16,257 bases of DNA from a plasmid, in the sequence record NZ_CP011653.1. The stretch is one strand, 5' to 3'. Each line of letters opens with the position of its first letter. Positions within the stretch are counted from its first letter, which is position 1. Of this stretch, positions 9,624 through 16,257 are shown piece by piece. The notes under the pieces were generated by a model. It was given only the letters and a program-made list of their open reading frames with translations, searched no databases and was not told the origin of the DNA. The position numbers and the translations under genes are program-made.

Positions 9624-10814
9624 TCAGGTCGAGGTGGCCCGGCTCCATGCACCGCGACGCAGCGCCGGCAGGCAGAGCAAGTAGAGGGCAGCGCCTGCAA
9701 TCCATGCCCACCCGTTCCACGTTGTTATAGAAGCCGCATAGATCGCCGTGAAGAGGAGGGGTCCGACGATCGAGGTCAGGCTGGTGAGCGCCGCCAGTGA
9801 GCCTTGCAGCTGCCCCTGACGTTCCTCATCCACCTGCCTGGACAACATTGCTTGCAGCGCCGGCATTCCGATGCCACCCGAAGCAAGCAGGACCATGATC
9901 GGGAACGCCATCCATCCCCGTGTCGCGAAGGCAAGCAGGATGTAGCCTGTGCCGTCGGCAATCATTCCGAGCATGAGTGCCCGCCTTTCGCCGAGCCGGG
10001 CGGCTACAGGGCCGGTGATCATTGCCTGGGCGAGTGAATGCAGAATGCCAAATGCGGCAAGCGAAATGCCGATCGTGGTCGCGTCCCAGTGAAAGCGATC
10101 CTCGCCGAAAATGACCCAAAGCGCGGCCGGCACCTGTCCGACAAGTTGCATGATGAAGAAGACCGCCATCAGGGCGGCGACGACGGTCATGCCCCGGGCC
10201 CACCGGAACGAAGCGAGCGGGTTGAGAGCCTCCCGGCGTAACGGCCGGCGTTCGCCTTTGTGCGACTCCGGCAAAAGGAAACAGCCCGTCAGGAAATTGA
10301 GGCCGTTCAAGGCTGCCGCGGCGAAGAACGGAGCGTGGGGGGAGAAACCGCCCATCAGCCCACCGAGCACAGGTCCCGCGACCATCCCGAACCCGAAACA
10401 GGCGCTCATGAAGCCGAAGTGCCGCGCGCGCTCATCGCCATCAGTGATATCGGCAATATAAGCGCCGGCTACCGCCCCAGTCGCCCCGGTGATGCCGGCC
10501 ACGATCCGCCCGATATAGAGAACCCAAAGGAAAGGCGCCGTCGCCATGATGGCGTAGTCGACAGCAGCGCCGGCCAGCGAGACGAGCAAGACCGGCCGCC
10601 GCCCGAAACGATCCGACAGCGCGCCCAGCACAGGTGCGCAGGCAAATTGCATCAACGCATACAGCGCCAGCAGAATGCCATAGTGGGCGGTGACGTCGTT
10701 CGAGTGAACCAGATCGCGCAGGAGGCCCGGCAGCACCGGCATAATCAGGCCGATGCCGACAGCATCCAGGGTGACGGTGCCGAGGATGACGATGAGCGCA
10801 TTGTTAGATTTCAT
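9624..10814 (-). CDS. tetA: Tetracycline efflux MFS transporter TetA, 396 aa. It is a mosaic with a tet(C) 5' end (about 57 nt) and 3' end (about 35 nt) and a tet(A)/Tn1721-type core.
   Basis: N-terminus MKSNNALIVILGTVTLDAV and C-terminus RRGAWSRATST are as in pBR322 TetA(C). The interior …LIMPVLPGLLRDLVHSNDVTAHYGILLALYALMQFACAPV… matches class A TetA. At the nucleotide level the 5' end is identical to pBR322 through …CCTGGATGCTGT and then diverges. The 3' end is identical from GCGTCGCGGTGCATGGAGCCGGGCCACCTCGACCTGA. Confidence 0.9.
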   Translation of the reverse strand: MKSNNALIVILGTVTLDAVGIGLIMPVLPGLLRDLVHSNDVTAHYGILLALYALMQFACAPVLGALSDRFGRRPVLLVSLAGAAVDYAIMATAPFLWVLYIGRIVAGITGATGAVAGAYIADITDGDERARHFGFMSACFGFGMVAGPVLGGLMGGFSPHAPFFAAAALNGLNFLTGCFLLPESHKGERRPLRREALNPLASFRWARGMTVVAALMAVFFIMQLVGQVPAALWVIFGEDRFHWDATTIGISLAAFGILHSLAQAMITGPVAARLGERRALMLGMIADGTGYILLAFATRGWMAFPIMVLLASGGIGMPALQAMLSRQVDEERQGQLQGSLAALTSLTSIVGPLLFTAIYAASITTWNGWAWIAGAALYLLCLPALRRGAWSRATST

Positions 10815-10906
10815 ACACGGTGCCTGACTGCGTTAGCAATTTAACTGTGATAAACTACCGCATTAAAGCTTATCGATGATAAGCTGTCAAACATGAGAAT
10901 TCGCGA
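10815..10906. promoter_or_regulatory. Divergent tetA/tetR promoter-operator region of class C. It is identical to the first 90 bp of pBR322, including the EcoRI, ClaI and HindIII sites.
   Basis: The minus strand reads GAATTCTCATGTTTGACAGCTTATCATCGATAAGCTTTAATGCGGTAGTTTATCACAGTTAAATTGC. It carries TTGACA (-35), TTTAAT (-10) and the inverted repeat GCTTATC-gat-GATAAGC (10868-10884). EcoRI is at 10896-10901. Confidence 0.85.
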
Positions 10907-11566
10907 ATGAACAAGCTCCAACGCGAGGCCGTGATCCGAACCGCGCTCGAACTGCTTAACGACGTGGGCATGGAAGGTCTAACGACGCGCCGACTGGCTG
11001 AGCGCCTCGGGGTGCAACAGCCAGCGCTCTACTGGCATTTCAAGAACAAGCGTGCGTTGCTCGACGCACTTGCCGAAGCCATGCTGACGATAAATCACAC
11101 GCATTCGACGCCAAGGGATGACGACGACTGGCGTTCGTTCCTGAAGGGCAATGCATGCAGTTTTCGACGGGCGTTGCTCGCTTATCGCGATGGCGCGCGT
11201 ATTCATGCCGGGACGCGGCCAGCCGCGCCGCAGATGGAAAAAGCCGACGCGCAGCTTCGCTTCCTTTGCGATGCTGGCTTTTCGGCAGGTGACGCGACCT
11301 ATGCGTTGATGGCAATCAGCTACTTCACCGTCGGCGCTGTTCTTGAGCAGCAAGCTAGCGAGGCAGACGCCGAGGAGCGGGGCGAAGATCAGTTGACCAC
11401 CTCAGCGTCTACGATGCCGGCGCGCCTACAGAGCGCGATGAAAATCGTCTACGAAGGCGGTCCGGACGCGGCATTCGAGCGAGGCCTGGCTCTCATCATC
11501 GGCGGTCTTGAAAAAATGAGGCTCACTACGAACGACATTGAGGTGCTGAAGAATGTTGACGAATGA
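10907..11566 (+). CDS. tetR: TetR-family repressor of the tet determinant, class C type.
   Basis: 219 aa with an N-terminal HTH (…LTTRRLAERLGVQQPALYWHFKNKRALLDAL…). It is divergent from tetA and continuous with pSC101-type sequence beyond the EcoRI site. It is only about 70% similar to TetR(A). Confidence 0.88.
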   Translation: MNKLQREAVIRTALELLNDVGMEGLTTRRLAERLGVQQPALYWHFKNKRALLDALAEAMLTINHTHSTPRDDDDWRSFLKGNACSFRRALLAYRDGARIHAGTRPAAPQMEKADAQLRFLCDAGFSAGDATYALMAISYFTVGAVLEQQASEADAEERGEDQLTTSASTMPARLQSAMKIVYEGGPDAAFERGLALIIGGLEKMRLTTNDIEVLKNVDE

Positions 11567-11867
11567 CAGGGGGCGGCAGGTGCGGAGGGCGCGGTTGCTT
11601 CGTCATATGAAGCAAAGTCACCTAGCTGAATTAATGGGTGTGGATCAGGCAACCGTGTCGCGCTGGGAGCGGGGCACCCTTGCATTGTCGGATGGGAGGT
11701 GGTCAGCGGTTCTTCAATTGCTTACCGGGCCTTCCGATTCATCGTACGACGCTGCGCTGAAGCGTCTGGTGCAATCCTCCGCCCACAAAGTCCATCTGGT
11801 AGCGACCGGACACATTGTTTGCTCGCGGCATCTCCGGCCAGGCAAAGGGAATTGCGGATTGACCTAG
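11553..11867 (+). CDS. Hypothetical XRE-family HTH protein, 104 aa.
   Basis: HTH signature …SHLAELMGVDQATVSRWERG…. It overlaps the tetR stop by 14 nt. Function unknown. Confidence 0.4.
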   Translation: MLTNDRGRQVRRARLLRHMKQSHLAELMGVDQATVSRWERGTLALSDGRWSAVLQLLTGPSDSSYDAALKRLVQSSAHKVHLVATGHIVCSRHLRPGKGNCGLT

Positions 11868-12335
11868 CCGAACTCCTTGGTAAATCGCTGCGTGTTTATG
11901 CGTCCCCGAGATAGTTGCGGCCGACTCTGCGCTTAATGGGCTCGGTTGGCATGAGGGGCGGCTGGGGTCACTCGAGGTGGATACCGGCCCGAACTGGAGC
12001 GAGGAACTTCCATACTGCCAAGGCGAATGCTGTGGGAGCGCATCATGCTCGCTGATGGTAGCCCGGCACTACTTGTTACCACCACAGCTTAATGCGAAGG
12101 GTGCTCCTGTTCTTGTGCATATTTTATGCGCTGCTGATTGTGCATCGAACTGATAACCTCAACGGGTCTGCTTTGTAGTTCACCACACCCCTGACGCGCG
12201 CGTGCCGGATAAGCAGAACTATGGTGCCGATGGATGTCAGGAACACTCGGCCTGGTTCGTAACTAGGTCGTCCTGCGCGATCCTGCGGCTAGGGCCGGAA
12301 TCGTGCTCGCCAGTCAGGCGCTGATGAAGCCTATG

Positions 12336-13155
12336 GGCACTGTTGCAAATAGTCGGTGGTGATAAACTTATCATCCCCTTTTGCTGATGGAGCTGCACAT
12401 GAACCCATTCAAAGGCCGGCATTTTCAGCGTGACATCATTCTGTGGGCCGTACGCTGGTACTGCAAATACGGCATCAGTTACCGTGAGCTGCAGGAGATG
12501 CTGGCTGAACGCGGAGTGAATGTCGATCACTCCACGATTTACCGCTGGGTTCAGCGTTATGCGCCTGAAATGGAAAAACGGCTGCGCTGGTACTGGCGTA
12601 ACCCTTCCGATCTTTGCCCGTGGCACATGGATGAAACCTACGTGAAGGTCAATGGCCGCTGGGCGTATCTGTACCGGGCCGTCGACAGCCGGGGCCGCAC
12701 TGTCGATTTTTATCTCTCCTCCCGTCGTAACAGCAAAGCTGCATACCGGTTTCTGGGTAAAATCCTCAACAACGTGAAGAAGTGGCAGATCCCGCGATTC
12801 ATCAACACGGATAAAGCGCCCGCCTATGGTCGCGCGCTTGCTCTGCTCAAACGCGAAGGCCGGTGCCCGTCTGACGTTGAACACCGACAGATTAAGTACC
12901 GGAACAACGTGATTGAATGCGATCATGGCAAACTGAAACGGATAATCGGCGCCACGCTGGGATTTAAATCCATGAAGACGGCTTACGCCACCATCAAAGG
13001 TATTGAGGTGATGCGTGCACTACGCAAAGGCCAGGCCTCAGCATTTTATTATGGTGATCCCCTGGGCGAAATGCGCCTGGTAAGCAGAGTTTTTGAAATG
13101 TAAGGCCTTTGAATAAGACAAAAGGCTGCCTCATCGCTAACTTTGCAACAGTGCC
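12336..13155 (+). mobile_element. IS26, complete copy 2, in the same orientation as copy 1.
   Basis: Left inverted repeat at 12336-12349 and right inverted repeat at 13142-13155. The flanking 8-mers agcctatg and caaaaatt do not match, so there is no target site duplication. Confidence 0.95.
12399..13103 (+). CDS. tnp26: IS26 transposase Tnp26, 234 aa.
   Basis: The protein is identical to the copy 1 transposase. Confidence 0.95.
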   Translation: MNPFKGRHFQRDIILWAVRWYCKYGISYRELQEMLAERGVNVDHSTIYRWVQRYAPEMEKRLRWYWRNPSDLCPWHMDETYVKVNGRWAYLYRAVDSRGRTVDFYLSSRRNSKAAYRFLGKILNNVKKWQIPRFINTDKAPAYGRALALLKREGRCPSDVEHRQIKYRNNVIECDHGKLKRIIGATLGFKSMKTAYATIKGIEVMRALRKGQASAFYYGDPLGEMRLVSRVFEM

Positions 13156-13245
13156 CAAAAATTTTCGATATCCAAACTGACCCCTATTGAACAATCACAC
13201 AAGCCAACCAGCTAGGACGGGTAGACATTTTCTTGTGTGTTGTAA

Positions 13246-13911
13246 CTACTTACTCAAAGCACGTTTATCTTCCCTCGATTTTACAGCACTACTAATTGTC
13301 CCTCGACTACAGGCCATAATTTTCTGAACCTGGCTCCAAGAACTACCGCTATCGAGCAACCGATTAATTGCATCGTATCGAGCCTGATTGACCTGACGCC
13401 CCTTATATTTTCCCTCCTTTTGAGCTTTATTAATCCCCTGCCTTTGGCGTTCCCGGCGTTGTTCATAATCACGACGAGCCACAGCAGCCAGCATATCAAG
13501 CAACATATCGTTGATTGCAGCAAACATGCGACTATCAAAATCATGGCTCGCTGAAGCAATCCAGGTTGTCGGTACGTTGATGGCCATCACTCGAATATCC
13601 TTCTGGCGAATCAACTTCTTCAGGCTGTTCCAGTCTTCACCAGTTAAGCGTGAAAGCCGATCAACATCTTCAATGAGGAGAATATCGTTCTGTCGGCAGT
13701 CGTTCAGCAGTCTGAATAATTCCGGTCGGTCGAGCCGCGAACCAGATTCATTCTCGATGTAGTAATTGCAGATGTTAAGGCCACGCTCATCAGCAAAGCT
13801 ATCGATCGCAGCGAGTGCGCGAGAAGCGTCTTGTTCAGATGTTGAGGCGCGTAAATAAGCCCGGACAAAGCTTTGCGGTACGGTATGAGTCACAATGTCG
13901 AACCAGTTCAA
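13246..13911 (-). CDS. Serine recombinase or resolvase, probably for plasmid multimer resolution.
   Basis: The N-terminal catalytic motif …VRAYLRASTSEQD… carries the nucleophilic Ser. The C-terminal HTH is …SWSQVQKIMACSRGTISSAV…. The track start is a TTG, and the real start is probably a few codons downstream. The gene is divergent from the par operon. Confidence 0.8.
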   Translation of the reverse strand: MNWFDIVTHTVPQSFVRAYLRASTSEQDASRALAAIDSFADERGLNICNYYIENESGSRLDRPELFRLLNDCRQNDILLIEDVDRLSRLTGEDWNSLKKLIRQKDIRVMAINVPTTWIASASHDFDSRMFAAINDMLLDMLAAVARRDYEQRRERQRQGINKAQKEGKYKGRQVNQARYDAINRLLDSGSSWSQVQKIMACSRGTISSAVKSREDKRALSK

Positions 13912-14073
13912 TTTAGGTTATTAAAGCATAACCATATAGTACCTGTTTCGCATGGTATTTTAAAGGCATACTCAAACCGAACCAAAGAAATGATTCATTA
14001 TGTGACCACGTCACCTACAGTTACATCAGAAAGACGGTGTAAATCAAACGTAAAGCCATAATGAGCTTTACCA

Positions 14074-14225
14074 TGTAAAGCACACATAAAGACACACTTA
14101 TCTTTATACTCTATTTACATCGTAAAACATAAAGAGTATAAAGACACTATAAAGACGCCTATATCTTTATAAGTTAAAGACACCGTAAAGACATGAAAAG
14201 CTTTACATCGTAAATACGAGGATGC
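14074..14225. promoter_or_regulatory. Centromere- or operator-like repeat array upstream of parA. It holds about 8 direct and 2 inverted TAAAGAC(A/G)C boxes, flanked by two copies of the palindrome TTTACatcGTAAA.
   Basis: Boxes lie at 14076, 14087, 14130, 14139, 14150, 14175 and 14186. Inverted copies are at 14101-14108 and 14165-14172. TTTACATCGTAAA occurs at 14114-14126 and 14203-14215. Confidence 0.7.
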
Positions 14226-14229
14226 GGAA

Positions 14230-14892
14230 ATGGGAAAAATTTTACTGGTGGTTTCAGATAAGGGCGGGGTAGGGAAAAGCACCTACTCAGCTAACACAGC
14301 ATCTATGCTGGCAAACAGAGAAAAATCGGTAATCATCCTTAAAACCGATAAGAACAATGACCTTATCAGCTGGAATGAAAAACGCAGGGAGAATAGCCTC
14401 CCAACAGTACCAGTCTACGAGGCATACGGTAATGTAAGCAAAGAGATTAACCGCCTGAGCAAGCTGTGCGATGTTCTGATCGTTGACTGCCCCGGACATG
14501 ACAGCCTTGAGTTCCGTAGCGCACTGACTGTGTCAGATATCATGATAACTCTGGTTAAAGCGTCATCTGACTTTGAAAGTGAAACACTGACGAGCGTAAC
14601 CGAGAAAGTCCGCATGGCTCAGAAATCAAACGCAGCCCTGCAACCCTGGGTATTACTTACCAGAATAAACCCAAGCAAGCCACGCCACAGAAAAGCCGCT
14701 ATTGAGCTGGATAAATTATTACGCTCAGACGACGTCTGGATACAGCCACTAAAAAACCGCATGTCAGAATTGGATGTGTTTGAAAGCGCCTGCAATGAAG
14801 GGGCAGGGGTACATGATGTAAGCCGCGCCTCCAGTCTGACAACAGCAAAAGCACAGATAGAATTAGTCGCCCAGGAAATAGGGATAATCTAA
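14230..14892 (+). CDS. parA: Small ParA-family (type Ib, ParF-like) partition ATPase.
   Basis: Deviant Walker A motif KGGVGKST at the N-terminus, about 220 aa. SD GAGGA lies 7 nt upstream. It is followed by a small RHH protein gene. Confidence 0.85.
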   Translation: MGKILLVVSDKGGVGKSTYSANTASMLANREKSVIILKTDKNNDLISWNEKRRENSLPTVPVYEAYGNVSKEINRLSKLCDVLIVDCPGHDSLEFRSALTVSDIMITLVKASSDFESETLTSVTEKVRMAQKSNAALQPWVLLTRINPSKPRHRKAAIELDKLLRSDDVWIQPLKNRMSELDVFESACNEGAGVHDVSRASSLTTAKAQIELVAQEIGII

Positions 14893-14925
14893 ATATTTCA
14901 ATCGAATACATAGAAATTTACATTG

Positions 14926-14976
14926 TAAAGACAACATAAAGACACTATAGTATTTACACTTAGATAGTGTCTTTAA
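14926..14976. promoter_or_regulatory. Operator between parA and parG. It has direct TAAAGAC boxes and an inverted repeat AAAGACACTAT…ATAGTGTCTTT.
   Basis: Arms at 14938-14948 and 14964-14974. They lie 13-25 bp upstream of the parG-like start. Confidence 0.55.
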
Positions 14977-14988
14977 TGAGGATTTTGT

Positions 14989-15270
14989 ATGGTTTTAAAA
15001 TTGAAAACGCCAACCGTTCCGGCGACAGAAGAACAGGCAACAAACGCAGAAACAGCACGCTTTATCTCTGGAGCCACAAGGAAGCCAACACCAGGTAAAG
15101 CGAAGCTGGTTAATTTCCGGCTTTCTGAAGCCTTTGACGATATCCTAGAGGCTGAGGCGATCAGAACAGGACAGAGCAGGACAACCGTTCTAAAGGCAGC
15201 GCTGGCCGCATTTGATAATCTGGACGAAAACCAGAAAAACCACTGGTTACTGGAATCAGCAAAATTCTAA
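14989..15270 (+). CDS. parG: ParG-like ribbon-helix-helix centromere-binding protein and repressor.
   Basis: 93 aa. The C-terminal RHH segment is …KLVNFRLSEAFDDILEAEAIRTGQSRTTVLKAALAAF…. It lies immediately after the parA-like gene, with a GAGGA SD. Confidence 0.7.
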   Translation: MVLKLKTPTVPATEEQATNAETARFISGATRKPTPGKAKLVNFRLSEAFDDILEAEAIRTGQSRTTVLKAALAAFDNLDENQKNHWLLESAKF

Positions 15271-15294
15271 CCATAGAAGCATGGATGATAATCT

Positions 15295-16257
15295 ATGAGA
15301 TATTTAACCGAATTAATCTGTCAACTCTACAGGTTGACAGATCACCATAAGCTGACCGCTGCAACGTTTAAAAATCTTGCTGATATTAAGTTAGTTGAAC
15401 CTACAGCGGATGCAGACACCATATTGCAGCTTGAAAATATATTTAGCGAATACTCACTGAGATATATTGACAGGGATCTGGCTGAGATTCTGAGTAACAT
15501 AATAACTACAGATAAAAAACACTCTCTGGATTTCGATTTTAACAAATTACAGTCTCTGACTGCCTCGAAAAGTTTCGGTTGTGGATGGAACAAGGTAATA
15601 AATGGTAGTTGGTTCAAAAACCTTTACTCATGGGGGGAGGGGATGTATCCCGCCAAAAACCTGAAAGCTGAAAACATTTCAGACTGGGAGGATAATATAT
15701 GGCACATTGAGCATGAAGGTTTCAACCCTCGCGATTCTATCAATGTTACATATTACTCCTGGCTTGACCGCTATGTAGCTTCAAACAGTGGTGGTTCACA
15801 TCATGCAGCAATGGTTGTATATCAATCTGTCAGAGACAAATTAGAGTATAAACGAGAAGCGGTTATTGAACAACTGAGCATAAATTCAAACACCGTTGAA
15901 ATACTTGACCAGAACTACTATTCATTCATATTCCAGATAAAACGCCCTAGTAATAAGACAGAAATTTATACATCAGAATATGAATTTATAGATGCTTTAA
16001 AAGAGTTTGTAGAAAACAGATATACTATACTTAATCCTGTCAATTACGTTTCCAGTATTAAATTAGTTTTTATTCCAAAACATGCACTAAAAACAAATGA
16101 CAAAACTTTCCGTAACTGGTTCTATTCTGCAATTAGTTGCGGGAAAATAATATCATTCCCCGATTATCTGAAAAATCCAGCGCATTACCATACACACCAT
16201 TACTCACATGAACTAAACTCGATAACACTTGGTGACCCTAGCAGAAAGTATAAACTG
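15295..16257 (+). CDS. Hypothetical protein, N-terminal 321 codons. The ORF is still open at the window end and is absent from the supplied ORF track.
   Basis: Frame 1 from ATG 15295 to 16257 contains no stop codon in DNA of about 33% GC. It begins MRYLTELICQLYRLTDHHKLTAATFKNLADIKLVEP… and continues …DWEDNIWHIEHEGFNPRDSINVTYYSWLDRYVASNSGGSHHAAMVVYQSV…. The start lies 24 bp after the parG stop. I recognise no motif. Confidence 0.6.
   Translation, partial: MRYLTELICQLYRLTDHHKLTAATFKNLADIKLVEPTADADTILQLENIFSEYSLRYIDRDLAEILSNIITTDKKHSLDFDFNKLQSLTASKSFGCGWNKVINGSWFKNLYSWGEGMYPAKNLKAENISDWEDNIWHIEHEGFNPRDSINVTYYSWLDRYVASNSGGSHHAAMVVYQSVRDKLEYKREAVIEQLSINSNTVEILDQNYYSFIFQIKRPSNKTEIYTSEYEFIDALKEFVENRYTILNPVNYVSSIKLVFIPKHALKTNDKTFRNWFYSAISCGKIISFPDYLKNPAHYHTHHYSHELNSITLGDPSRKYKL

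Noticed and set aside
9776-10844. Several GC-rich ORFs (9826..10203, 10111..10461, 10260..10844, 9804..10037, 10038..10241) overlapping tetA on either strand
   Set aside because: High-GC sequence yields long stop-free frames by chance. They all lie within the well-supported tetA gene.
10860-10906. Possibility that the pBR322-identical EcoRI/ClaI/HindIII segment signals cloning-vector contamination
   Set aside because: tetR(C) and additional pSC101-type DNA absent from pBR322/pACYC184 are present. The segment is bounded by IS26 copies within a natural plasmid backbone. pBR322 inherited this stretch from pSC101.
15342-15617. 91-aa minus-strand ORF from the track
   Set aside because: It lies entirely inside, and antisense to, the much longer stop-free plus-strand frame 15295 to 16257, which is the more plausible gene.

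Overview
The window is an IncX/R6K-like plasmid backbone interrupted by an antibiotic-resistance island of about 9.7 kb.

Left backbone (1-3422):
- On the minus strand, an unknown 118-aa gene, then a bis-like small membrane gene translationally coupled to a pir-type Rep_3 initiator (clearly pi-like).
- A gamma-ori-like origin: 2 operator iterons plus 6 tandem 22-bp iterons, an AT-rich stretch and a DnaA box.
- A GC-rich island sharing two exact 13/14-mers with the ColE1/pBR322 primosome-assembly-site region.
- A bidirectional terminator and a long imperfect palindrome.

Resistance island (3423-13155):
- A complete IS911-like IS3-family element with an A_AAA_AAG frameshift site and 29-bp TGTAGTGG... 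inverted repeats. It abuts a 255-bp 3' remnant of IS26.
- msr(E)-mph(E) macrolide resistance. It carries a 7-codon leader ORF and a hairpin that sequesters the ribosome-binding site, and ends in a complete IS26.
- A pSC101-type tet(C) module: tetR(C), the EcoRI-ClaI-HindIII promoter/operator region identical to the start of pBR322, and downstream DNA. Its tetA is a mosaic with tet(C) ends and a tet(A)/Tn1721-type core.
- A second, directly oriented IS26.

Right backbone (13156-16257):
- A serine resolvase, then a ParA/ParF-like plus ParG-like (RHH) partition cassette with arrays of TAAAGACAC boxes.
- A previously unannotated AT-rich ORF of at least 321 codons that runs off the window end.

An exact 18-bp inverted copy of the partition operator repeat lies about 11 kb away at 3296-3313, just upstream of a small GC-rich ORF.

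Both IS26 copies and the IS26 remnant point the same way and share no matching 8-bp target duplications. This is typical of IS26 translocatable-unit arrays.
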